From contig OX597817.1 of NCBI GenBank assembly GCA_951406725.2, positions 139,314,001-139,378,000 of the forward strand: a DNA stretch of 64,000 nucleotides, given 5' to 3'. The notes below the pieces were generated by a model. It was given only the letters and a program-made list of their open reading frames with translations, was not told the DNA's origin and did no database searches. The DNA comes from Octopus vulgaris. Lineage: Eukaryota. Positions 11,661 to 23,766 of the stretch are shown here, one piece after another (position 1 is the stretch's first letter; every line of letters begins with the position of its first letter). The translations under genes were made by a program, and so were the position numbers.

Positions 11661-13659
11661 CACATATATAGATAAAACTTACTTGGAAAAGGATGCATGG
11701 CGTTTAAATATATAATAATATAAATAAAAAAAGACGAAGACAGGTGGTGTAGACTATGCTCTTCCACAGAAAGGAACAAGGAGAGAAAATAAAGAATGTG
11801 TAGTGGCTAGTGATCTATCATGGCGATATATATATATATTATTTTTGTTATTATTATTATTATATATATATCAGAGAGAGAGAGAGTGAATGTAAAATGA
11901 AGACCTTTCATGTATCCATAAAAACTGAACAGATATTTCTTTGATGCAACATTGTCTTTGTTAAAGGACAAAATATTTCAAGAGAAATTCAAAGGTCTAA
12001 CGCCTGCAAAACTAAAACACTTGTTCATTCACAATATTTGTTTTTAATAATTTCTTCTGTAATTCATTTACTGACGGTAACCCTATGAGTAGTACACCAA
12101 TCAATCAGATCACCTATAGTTCATATCTCATTGATCTCCGTTGAACTGTGATTCCCATTCACAAGAGAATGTGAGCCTGAAATTATAACAGAAAACACTC
12201 AAGTGCCACAGTGGATTGAACTCAGGACCATGTGGCTTCAATGAGAACTTCATAACTACATGGCTCACCACTTTAAACTACATGAGTCCTATTGCCACAT
12301 TTAACCACATGGCTACAGACTCACTTCACACAACTCTATTTTATTCCTGATTTCACTTCAAAATGAAGTTGAAAATATTAAGGTCCCTAATTACACAAGA
12401 TTCCTCAGCCCAGAAATAATATATAAAAGGTTCTCATAGACAATTATGTGGACATAATATATTAATTTTATATCTTCATTAGCCATGGCCTGCCATAAAT
12501 ATTCAATTTGGTATTTTACATGTGAAGCTGAAGGAATGGTTAGTCCAGAAGCTAAAAGCCATCATTTTCACTGGATACAAATAAGAATATACAATAATTA
12601 ATTACAACATGCAATCACATTGGGTGCAAAGGTTGATTGTTTTGGGTACTAAACTACTGTCCTAGAGGTTATGAGTTCAAACCCTACCTGAAGCTGCCAG
12701 AGGAAAATGCACCTACTCTAGAATGACCTGAAACTGACCAGGGTCATTGTCCTTTCTCTCTGGATCATCAAATAAAAATAAAAGAATGTTTTTTTTTAAA
12801 ATGATACAAATTATATATTTACTAATGGCATTGTCTATATATTCCAGAGAAGGCCTGCACAGATCAGAAAGAGGCAGGACCCTTACAGATTAAAGGGAAA
12901 ACGTTATGGTGGGGACAGTAACAGGTTTTCAAATAATATTTATGCACTGCCATTTTTTAGTGATGAACAATATAACAATAGTCAAAAGAAGGTTTCATTT
13001 TAAGTTACTGCTCTGTCTGTTGTCCAATAATGATGGACGATTGCAGAAGAAATAGGCCTTCTCTAGAAACAGTCTATAAGAGATTCTATACATAGATACA
13101 TATAAAGAGGCTGTACATAATTCCAGCTCAATGACACAGTCCTATGGCCCAGAGGGGTTCATAGATGTACCAATGTGGAATATTTGATGTGTGGAACAGG
13201 TTACAAGCTCTTAGGAAGTACCTTGCTGTGCTGTGACTATAAGAGATCAAATGACAAGGAAAGGTGTTAGGCTGCCCTTATCACCAAATATTCGGCTTTC
13301 TTCTGACATGCTGAAGTACATGGGAAAGAAACAATGGCCTTTGTGGGATTTCAGTCAGAAACTACAGCAAAAAATGATTTGTTTTTTTAATTTTCCAACA
13401 TCATTATTGAAATGTTTAGGTCTTGAACGAGCATCGAACCATTCTTTCACCCATTGTAGTAGTAGTATAGCAGCAGCAGCAGCAGTAGCAGTAGTAGTAG
13501 TAGTAGTTTAGCCACCAGGTCAGTCCTAATCCAGCAGACCAGAGCTATGGCCAAGGGCATTCAAGCTATGATCAATCTGTCTTCTATTTAGACATAGTGT
13601 ATCAAGGACTACATTATCCTATGTGTCGGATTTCTTCTTTTTTCAAGGGAGCAGGTATG

Positions 13660-14270
13660 TGCAGCCCTCAGCCTCAGATCTTAAAAAGCCCACCACACAT
13701 TAAAGACCTAGAGAAATTTGAAGACAATCTTATAAAGTTAGTTAAAAATGTAAAATTTAACCAAAACTCCAGAAAGTTTCAATATACATCGAAACTTTCA
13801 AAACATTAACGAACATATTTATTAGAGCAGATAAAACAAAAAATATTTATGAAGTAAACAATCAAATATGCAACAAATTACTAACAGACAACATAACTAA
13901 AACATACAAAACAACAAACCCGACCATTTATAATTCGATTAATTAGAAGCAAAAAATCTAGCCACAAAGCCTAGATACCCTTAAAAAAGAAACAAAAGAA
14001 GCTAGGATGAGTTTATATAGGGACGATAGCCTGGGAGTAGTATACAATAAAAAGGGACAAGGTATGGATAGAATAAGGGAAAAATTAAGCAAAATATTTA
14101 ACCAATTAAGCCCAAGAACCACAATTAGTACCAACTTTAAAGAAGTCAACTTTCTAGATATTAACATGAACCTTAATACAGGAAAATTTAAACCCTGCCA
14201 CAAACCTAACAAGGAAGCCTCATACATAGACATAGGTTCCAACCCCTCACCAGCAGTAAAAACCTGAAAT
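13660..14270 (+). mobile_element. Penelope-like element RT fragment (internally deleted)
   Basis: LEKFEDNLIKLVKNVKF, ADKTKNIYEV, LYRDDSLG, VNFLDINMNLNTGKFKPCHKPNKEASYIDIGSNP are PLE RT/thumb signatures. Confidence 0.85.
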
Positions 14271-14279
14271 CGCTAACCA

Positions 14280-14515
14280 CTAGCCTATGTTGAGTCCTAC
14301 TTCGCCCAGGTAAGATTTTGCATTTACAAGCATACACTTGTCCCTGTGTCTGTTGGGGATGTAGCCAATCCAGCTGCTAGTGTGCCCACCAGATTGATAA
14401 GTGACCAAATGGTTGGCAGGCTTCCTGAAGTTGGTGTTGCAGACCAGGAAGCTATGAGCATCACAAAATTCCAACATCTTTGTTCCCTCCTCATTTCTAG
14501 AGCCAAAGCTGTAGC
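14280..14515 (-). mobile_element. RTE-type APE endonuclease fragment
   Basis: LEFCDAHSFLVCNTNFRKPANHLVTYQSGGHTS.. matches the APE C-terminal motifs that precede the IDY motif. Confidence 0.8.
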
Positions 14516-14959
14516 CTTCTTCATCATCATCATCATCATCATCGTTTAACGTTCGCTTTCCGTGCTAGTACAGGTTGGACGGTTCAACCGGGGTCTGGGA
14601 AGCCAGGAGGCTGCACCAGGTTCCAGTCTGATCTGGCAATGTTTCTACAGCTGGATGCCCTTCCTAACGCCAACCACTTTGATATTTATTTTGATTGTTC
14701 ATATATATTAAATTTATGATGGGCTTCCATGCACTTTCCTTTTACCAAATCCACTTACAAAGCTTTGACTAACCTGACATTTTGACAAGGTGCCATGCAA
14801 TGGGACTGAACCCAAAACCACATGGTTATAAAGCAAATTTGTTAACCACACAGCCATGCTTACACCTGCAGATATTTAAATGTAGTCTTTCAGAAATATC
14901 TCGGATAATAAAGTTTGAATTTACCAATCAAAGCCAAACCCAAACAAGAAGAGACTTAC

Positions 14960-15137
14960 CTCGCTCCATTTAACTAAAAGAGCTCCAGGTCGTTCCACAA
15001 CATCGGCAATCTGTACGGGAGCTTTGGAAATGACTTTCATCTCTTTTGATGCATACTCAAGTAATTTATCTTTGTTAGAACCAGCAGTGTCAACAGATAT
15101 ACAAGCAACTTCAGATAAACTTGGAATAGCTGGAACA
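14960..15137 (-). CDS. CRLF3: CRLF3 coding exon 4 (178 nt)
   Basis: ctctgccag|T ... GAG|gtaagt. Translates VPAIPSLSEVACISVDTAGSNKDKLLEYASKEMKVISKAPVQIADVVERPGALLVKWSE, resembling the CRLF3 PVQIEELIEKPGGIIVRW segment. Confidence 0.93.
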
Positions 15138-15419
15138 CTGGCAGAGAGAAAAAGAAGGAAGTGTTGTTAGCTGGCTGAGCAAGTAGTAGTAGTAGTTTCA
15201 ATTACGGAGTTGGACAGACATGTTATCGCAGAATATTGGAAACAAATGACCCTGCATGTATGACAGTGACACTCATTTACAACTGTCACATAATATCAAG
15301 ACAAGGACACACACACACACACACATTCAATAATGAATGACAAGCAGCTCTGGTGTTGTAAAAATTAACTGCAAATGCTCAATGCATGTGTTTCATTTGT
15401 TTGCTGGTTTGCTCTGGCA

Positions 15420-15900
15420 CAGCACTTAGCGGACAACTCCCTCCCTCATAGCACCTAGGGGACGACTCCCTCATAGCACCTAGGAGACAACTCCCTCATA
15501 GCACCTAGGGGATGACTCCCTCATAGCACCTAGGGGAAGGCTCCCTCAAAGCACCTAGGGGACGACTCCCTCACAGCACCTAGGGGACGACTCCCTCATA
15601 GCACCTAGGGGACAACTCCCTCATAGCACCTAGAGGACGACTCCCTCATAGCACCTAGGGGACAACTCCCTCATAGCATCAAGGGGACAACTCCCTCATA
15701 GCACCTAGAGGACGACTCCCTCATAGCACCTAGGGGACGACTCCCTCATAGCACCTAGGAGACAACTCCCTCATAGCACCTAGGAGACGACTCCCTTATA
15801 GCACCTAGGGAACGACTCCCTCATAGCACCTAGGGGACAACTCCCTCATAACACTTAGGAGACGACTCCCTTACCACACTTAGGGGATGACTCTCTTATA
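15420..15900. repeat. 25-bp minisatellite, about 18-19 units (ctccctcatagcacctaggggacga)
   Basis: Units start at 15441, 15466, 15491 and so on, with no spacers; lies in the CRLF3 intron between coding exons 3 and 4. Confidence 0.97.
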
Positions 15901-16922
15901 GAATAGATGTTAAATCACCTGAAAGTCATCGACAGGTGAAATGACTAAACATCTAATTGAATCCAAGAGTGATGGATTCCAATATTCACACAGTATACTG
16001 TGTGAATATATAGTCTAGGACTATAATATCTGATGTGTTCTATTTTTATAAGATTGTAAAGCGTTATTTGAGGGAGATTTGGCTGCTATTTCTAGGAAGT
16101 TAAGTGACCACATAGAGCTCCCTTGTTAGTTTCAGCTAAATCCAGATAAAAATAATAATAAAGCACAATACATTTTTCATCTTTTCCTCCAGAACGACTT
16201 GCATGGTCCTAAAAATGGTAATATTTTCGCTGGGATTCTAAATTTTTCTGTGCCACAAGGTAGATGTGGTTGGAATCTTTAGCAAACTAATCTAAATTCA
16301 AAGGCGCTGTGATTAAAAGTGATATTTACATCAGTAATTAAACACTAACACATAATTATACTGCATTAAACTCCTCTAAGACATTATAATAGTACGAGTT
16401 ATTTCCCTTGTTAAATGTTTACTTCATGTCAAACTTTTACTGTTTTTTTTACTTCTAATTTCAATGGAAAGATTTTTTTTATTCCTTTTTTTTCCCAGGT
16501 AACCATTTGAAAAGTGTTAAGCCGCACTCAACTTGCTAGAAATAGCAGCCAAACAGGACGACAGATACATAGGTTTCCCACACAAGTTTCTCTTTTTCAA
16601 TTGCTTTTCTTAAAAAAATACTGGGTCAACTCAAAGCAATCGTCCAAGACAGCAGACGATGGCTTTGAGCTCAGAACCATGTGAGTATCAATTACACTTC
16701 TTGACTACACATCCAAACTTAGCCAACATTAGCCATCCACCACTTGCATCCATTTTGTCTTTTATAAACACAAAGAACAGTGATAACCATTTTATAGTAA
16801 GAGAAAGCTTACTAGTAAGGTTGACGAATTCTTTATGGCACCAAAGGTTTAAATAAATAATGTTGATGACTGTTTATTGGTGGAACAAGCTTACTTACTA
16901 ATCCAGAACAGAACAACTTTAC

Positions 16923-17007
16923 CTGTTGAGATTCAAAGAATCAGAATTTTTACGAAAAGTGGACACTTTTTCACCGTCCACGGAACTGCTATCTAAAATT
17001 AACTTTC
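16923..17007 (-). CDS. CRLF3: CRLF3 coding exon 3 (85 nt)
   Basis: tttgcag|GA ... AAC AG|gtaaag. Translates (G)KLILDSSSVDGEKVSTFRKNSDSLNLN(S); phases 1 to 2 bridge exons 2 and 4 exactly. Confidence 0.88.
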
Positions 17008-18061
17008 CTGCAAAGAAAGAAAAAAAAAACATTACCAACAACAACAACGTGAACTCTTGAAAGATAGCAATTCCAAGAAACTAGGACATTCTTAAGGAAA
17101 TACTTTCTCTAAAACAATGTCGTTCTATTGATTTACTGACAAGACTTTTGCAACTGGATCTTTGCAACTACTGACCTACCGATGACACAACAGACACTGT
17201 TTTGTCTCCTTTCTAAATCAGCTTCAATTCCAAGATTCCTTTCCATACAGGTCATGAAATCATACCTTTTTGTCAGCAAGATTAAAGTCTACTTTACAAT
17301 TTTGCTTTCTCTGGGATTCCTAACTTTTGTTTCTTCAAGCAATATTACAGAACCAGGAAGTCCTGTACCATTCCTATCCAAGTTACACACATCACCATTC
17401 AACCCAATCTATTTGCTTCTCTTACTTTTTCAAACTTTTTTTATATTTAACATCTCACCCCACCCGCTGCATTCCTCTGCAAAAAGAAAAATTCACCAGA
17501 AGCACTTCATTATTGGTGCAATGACCGTCTCAAGATACAACCTCAATCAAACTTTTATCCCTAAAATTACGACCCACTCCCATCACACCAACCCAACCCT
17601 CAAGTTCCCACAAGAATCAACATAAACACGAATTGTGTCTGTCTCCCAAGTTTGAGAACATCTATTTTCGTAGATGTTCCCAAATTACCATTCCTTGTCT
17701 CAAGACTAAAATTGAAATGAAATCATGACTATTCCTCTGGCCTAGTTTGCAATTCTAACTTCACATCTTACAAAGGTGAAATAATTAGTTTTTTTTTTTA
17801 ATTCATAAATTATGGTTTTCAGTTCCATTCTTCTGGTGTTTATAGCATGGAGATGGGGATGGTTTTCTTCATACATAAAAACAAAGCCTTACAAAACCAC
17901 CCTCCCCCCCACCCCACCCTGACTCCTGTTAAGGAACCGGATTCACTGGTTGTCCTGCTGCATGTTTATCAAAGATGACTGGCTCTGTCCAATAACTGCA
18001 ACCCATACAACAATTCTAATTATTTCTAATTCAAAAAATTACCAAAAACCTTTGATCTTAC

Positions 18062-18269
18062 CTTCTTCAATAATACGGTTTACTTTGCAGATTCCTTGGT
18101 TAATGAGATCTTTACATTCATCAAGAGGAGGAAGAGATGTTTGTTCAATTTTATCCACCTGACACAACAGTTCCGACAATCTGTTGTCCAGGGCAGCATT
18201 CAATTCTGTTTTTAAACTTTCAAAATGTTTATTAAGTTGATTGCGAGATTTTGCTCCACTGGAAGTAAT
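18062..18269 (-). CDS. CRLF3: CRLF3 coding exon 2 (208 nt)
   Basis: ctccag|ATT ... GAA G|gtaag. Translates ITSSGAKSRNQLNKHFESLKTELNAALDNRLSELLCQVDKIEQTSLPPLDECKDLINQGICKVNRIIEE, matching the CRLF3 N-terminal helical region; phase 0 to 1. Confidence 0.92.
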
Positions 18270-19274
18270 CTGGAGAGAAATAAAGGAAGAGAAACTGTTA
18301 CGTGATTTCCTAATGAGATTGCAGAAGCCAGGTTAAGCTAGAATAATTGAATAATTGTTAAAAATCTGCCCTACTTTCCCCCCATCCAACCCATTTGTAT
18401 CATAGGTCACCCCACACCCTTTGTCCAACACTAAACCCAGCCTTCTACCCTACCTGATCTCCACAGCTGTCACCTTCTTCATCCTCCAATAGATAGTTAC
18501 AATCCTTCAACATTTGTTCTTCATTCATTTACACCCTTTTACCAGTTCTCTATCTCTAACCTGTTTCTTTACTACCCACAAGGGACTAAACATAGAGGAG
18601 ACAAACAAGGACAGACAAACGGATTAAGTCGATTACATCGACCCCAGTGCGTAACTGGTACTTAATTTATCGACCCCAAAAGGATGAAAGGCAAAGATGA
18701 CCTCGGCAGAATTTGAACTCAGAACGTAACGGCAGACGAAATACGGCTACGCATTTCGCCCGGCGTGCTAACGGTTCTGCCAGCTCGCCGCCTTTCTGTT
18801 CTCTATCTCTAACCATCTCTCATCTTCCCATACATGCTTGCAGCCTCTCACCCACACTCCCTTTCATTCTTCTCATATCTTCAGGTTCCACCTTCACACC
18901 TCATCACCTCGATTTTTATCTCTCTTTTCCAGCTCCATCCCACTCACTCCCATCCTTCCCTTTGATGTAAGCAGTCATTTGGCTTCTCTACAGAAAGAAA
19001 AGCTGTTCTGAACCCTTCTCTCACACTTTTAACTCCTCGTCTCCTAGCATAAAGCCAGTTGCCTCTTTACTGTAAGCCCCATTCACTCAAAGGCAATGTT
19101 AATCTAACAAGAAAAAACAAAAGCCCCCAGTACACACTCTGTAAAGTGATTGGTGTTAAGAAAAACATCCAAAGGAGACTTTCTCTGGGATTCCTAACTT
19201 TTGTTTCTTCAAGCAAAAGTGTGATGCAGCCCAATGGTATGGCAGACCCTAACTGATACCAGCATCTTACAAAC

Positions 19275-19645
19275 AATAACTCTGAATAACTCTGAGCACC
19301 TTTTCAAACTCCACCTGTCTAACACCCGTGGTCATGTTTACAAAGTCAGAAAACAGCACAGCTCCCATGACTTTCGGAAACATTTTTTCACACTATGAGT
19401 TGCTGAAGCATGGAACAGACTGCCTGCATCAGTTGTTAGTTGTCGGAGCACTGCATCCTTCAAAACTTTCATGCTTCCTGAGATTCGCCAACACTACACC
19501 TGATTTTCTCCCCTCCATACACACGCAAGCATGTATCTGACTCATACACTGTTCGCTTTCCATGCATTTGTACATTACTGCATATGCTTTATACGCACTT
19601 TTGACAAGTGCGTATAATTTCATTATTATTATTATTATTATTTTA
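19275..19645 (+). mobile_element. Second 3' fragment of the same CR1/L2-group LINE
   Basis: Closely similar to 1015-1235 (gtctaacac..gtgg..aaagtcagaaaaca..cagctcccatgactttcggaaacatttttt); (ATT)n tail. Confidence 0.9.
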
Positions 19646-21015
19646 TGAAAAACAGATTTTAAAGAATGACAATGGGGACAATGCCATGCAGTGGGAGCAA
19701 ACGTGGGAGCTTGTTAACTATTTGGTCAGGCTGCAACTACATCAGGCAGGTGTTGCATGATACAGTGTCCAAGTATAATACAGAAACTTCAATTTTTTAA
19801 TAGTTCGTGAAAGGAAGGTCAGTCACCTGACCATTTTACAGAGCCTCCAATATTAATAGGGTCAAGAAAGGAAGTCTGGTTGGTATGTTGGCCTGAATTC
19901 CTGCAACAGAGTGAACTCCATTAAAGGTGCTAGAGGGGCCAAATGATGGTATTAAACTACGTAACAAATTGTGTCGCCCAGTTAACAAATCAGGCACAGC
20001 TCAAGGGACCAGCAGCTTCAACATAATTTCTCTTCAGAAGATTCCCGCACAAAATGATAGAATCTGAGGCCATGGGATTCTGGAGTGAATGTCTTATCAC
20101 AGAGCTATATAACTAAAAAAATAAATAAATAACTGTTCCTTCTCAAGCCATGCCAGGCTCATAAGGGCCGGTTTTCCGGTTTCAGTGGTATAGAAATTCC
20201 CCACCTGGATGGGATGCCGGTCTATTGCAGGTTTACTCCTATTTGCCAGCTGAATGGACTGGAGCAACATGAAATTTTTTTTTTTGCTCAAGAACACAAC
20301 GCATCACCCAGTCCAGGAATCGAAACCACAACCTTATGATCATAAGTTCAACACCCTAACCACTAAGCCACGCACCTCCACTATCACAGAGCTATGCTAA
20401 TTAGTAATTAACAAAAACAAAATCAATTAAACACAAAAATGTGTGTAATTAAATTAAGGAGCTTGTAATTAAATTAAGCTGTTTCTATTGTTTTTTATAT
20501 TTATTAGTTTTGTCTGGAGGGACAGAGCCCCTGGCCTTTGTAGAGCATCTCCTCAAGACTACTGAGGACTGATGCCATTAATGTTCCAAGACTGGTGCGG
20601 ATTGATGTTGCACTTAATGTTGCAAATCAACAAGTGCAATAAAGACATGCTTCCAGAGAATTCCATAGGGAAGATGCTTTGGGGAGAAAATATTAGGAAG
20701 AATTGTTAAATGCAGGGCGTGGGAGAGGAAGAGAGGGGTAAACACAATGTGGGTGATGGGAGGTGGGCAGGCCAAGTGGGAGATGGCATGGGAGTAACAA
20801 GCTATAAGGAACAGAGGTCATGAGAGAGAGATGAGAAGGCAACATCCTTGGATGAAAAGTCAGAGTATTTCTAAGGAATACCTCTGTCTGCTTGCAGGAC
20901 TTTGGTGAGGGAGAATAATTCCAACAGAAATCTTGAATTGAAAATTTTTTTAAATGCAAACATTAAAAGACAAAGAGAATGATAGAGAAGTGGTAAGCAT
21001 CCATGATGTTTGTAC

Positions 21016-21123
21016 CTGATCTTTGGCTTCTTGTAGAGCAACTAACAGTCCATGCAGTTCTGTCTGCTGTTGCTTTGCAAAGTCTATGATCTCTTCAACA
21101 TTTTGTTGCAGTTCCAGAGACAT
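21016..21123 (-). CDS. CRLF3: CRLF3 coding exon 1 (ATG at 21123; exon acceptor at 21154, so 31 nt of 5' UTR)
   Basis: Translates MSLELQQNVEEIIDFAKQQQTELHGLLVALQEAKDQ (coiled-coil-like). Donor CAG|gtaca, phase 0; upstream acceptor ctgttgtag|A. Confidence 0.85.
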
Positions 21124-21899
21124 AATGGTATTCTCTTCAACAATTAGCAGAAATCTACAACAGATAAAAAGAAATACAATAATAATGATGATGATGATGA
21201 TGATGATGATGATAGACAGAAGGAAGCAGATGAAAAGTTGAAAAACTACAACCCAGTAAAATCTGAGATCATGAGGATTTGGTATAAGCCACACTTCGTG
21301 GGGTTCTGCCCCTTCGTCAGCACCCATGTAACCCATTCTCATCTCCAAACACATTGCTTATACAGCCTCCTGATACAGTGGTGTTAAGCTATTGCATATA
21401 CTAGTTTACATGTTAAATGCATTCCTGGAGCTGGTACAATAAATATTAATGATATGTAAGTACGTGGTATTTCGTTATACCACCATAACATACTATAAAG
21501 TATATAAAATAGGTTAGATGGGTGCTGATGAAGGGGAAATTACCCTACACACACCACCAAAATATGGCATATACACTCATTAACCATTTTTGTCGCGGAC
21601 CTCTTTGTTTGTTTACATCTGATGTCTTGATATGAAACGTTATAACAAAAACCAAGGCTAGTCATAATTTTTGTAGAAATAACCTTAACAAAATAATGAG
21701 TTGACTCATAAAAAAGCATTTAATATATCTTACAGTACATTATGGTTGCATAACGAAATTCCACATATTTACGTTAGACAGATATTTGTCCTCATCTTGT
21801 TTGTTGTTAACACAATGTTTCAGCTGATATACCCTCTAGCATTCACCAGGTGTCTTGGGGAAATTTCGAACCTAGGTTCTCATTTCCTCACCAGTGTCA

Positions 21900-22332
21900 C
21901 ATAACCAGCCCACTCAAAAGTATCTTGGATCGTAGGGTGACATGCCATGCTTGAGGAGACCTATTGAGTCAAGTACATCAACATCAAAATGAAAATCAAA
22001 TGGAAATTGTAGTTGTGACCCCCGTGCTGGTAGCACATAAAAAGCACCATCCGAATGTGCCTGATGCCAATGCCACTTTGACTGGCTTCCATGCTGGTGG
22101 CACATAAAAAGCACCATCTAATCGTGATCGATGCCAGCTGTTCTGGCCCCTTTGCCAGTGGCACATAAAAATCACCCCCTACACTCTCAGAGTGGTTGGC
22201 ATTAGGAAGGACATCTAGCTGTAGAAACTGCCAGATGAGATTGGGGCCTGGTGCAACCTCCTGGTTTCCCAGACCCAAGTCGAACTGTCCAACCCATGTC
22301 AGCATGGAAAACGGACGTTATACAATGATGAT
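21900..22332 (+). mobile_element. RTE 3' UTR/tail copy
   Basis: ggtggcacataaaaagcacc units, gagtggttggcattaggaagg, ccaacccatg..agcatggaaaacggacgtta...atgatg. Confidence 0.85.
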
Positions 22333-22641
22333 TGTTAGATATGCACATCACCACAGTTCCATACAAGCAAACATGACACTCACTGGCAGAAAACCACCCG
22401 GAAGGCTGTGTTTCTGCTTGCAAGAAGAATTTGTCCAAGAAACCATTTGAGTTTAAGAATAAAAAGTGCAATAACATTTATAAGAAATCTCGAAAATTAG
22501 TAAAGAAATTATTTTTTGTAAATTATTTACTTGAAGAGCAGCAACAACCCAGCTAACCCATGCCAGCATAGAAAGTGGAAGCAAAACAAGGAAAACGACA
22601 AGTGGAGGTGGGTGGGGTGAGAATGATAGCAGCAGTGGCAG

Positions 22642-22672
<31 letters not shown>

Positions 22673-23722
22673 CTACAATGCAAACTGAAGAACTACAAGC
22701 ACTGTGACTTTGCTGAAAGATAAATCAACTTTTGACACTTTATATATCTCTAATCATAAGTGAATGATTCAGCAAATCATTATCTCTAATTAGCAATTAT
22801 ATAAAGATTGGCAGGTGTAAAAGTCATCTATTCCAACAAAACTTTTGTTATGATTCCAACAAACATGGCAGAACCAAGGCAGGTAAAAAACAAAAATTTA
22901 TTTTCCATACTTGATCATTGATTTCTCCAGAAAACTCTTCCATTTCTGTCACATTTTGGAATTCTTCATAATATAAACAACATGCCGAGAAATATCTATT
23001 TGTGTGTGTGTGTGCATGTGTGTGTGTGTGTCACTTGGGTAAATGGTTTCTAAGGATCCGGGCTGACCAAAACTTTATGAATGAATTTGGTCAATGGAAA
23101 CTAAAAAGAAGCCCGTTTTGTGTGTGTTCCTGTGTATGTGACAGCAAAAATGAGGTCCTAAAAGCAATATGATTTTGTCTCTATACTCAATGGACCTTGT
23201 CCTGCACCCAATCTGTCCTTGCCAAGCCTTCCTCACCTCTCATCTTCCTAAAACACATCCCTCCCTAGTCACCCTTCTAACTGTAATCCTATCCGAGCAG
23301 AACAGCACATCTCCCCCTTCCCACCTTACTCCTTTTCTTTCATCTCCACCTATCCACTACACTCCCCTTCACCTCTAACCTTCTGCCACTCTTCCTCATC
23401 CTCTGACATCCCAACATTCTCTTCTTTCCAGCTACTCCCTTATATAACATAGGGTAGCCATGCACCTCCTCTGTAACAAGACACCTATGACCACCGCTCC
23501 CTCAACTATAACTCCCACTCAGTTGAGGGGAGCCTTTCTTTTGCCTTTGTGTCTCTGTAAAGTGGTTGGCATTAGGAAGGGTTCAAAACCCTAAACCTAA
23601 CGTCACAGAAACCACTGCAAACCAGATGCTGAAGCTTGAGGCTGTCCATTGGTTTGCCAGACCTTTTCTGAACTGCCCAACCCATCCCAGCATGGAATGA
23701 GGATATGCATACATAGATGCAT

Positions 23723-23766
<44 letters not shown>

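Noticed and set aside
15420-15900. CRISPR-like array
   Set aside because: Contiguous 25-bp units with no unique spacers and no cas genes, in a eukaryotic intron; it is a minisatellite.
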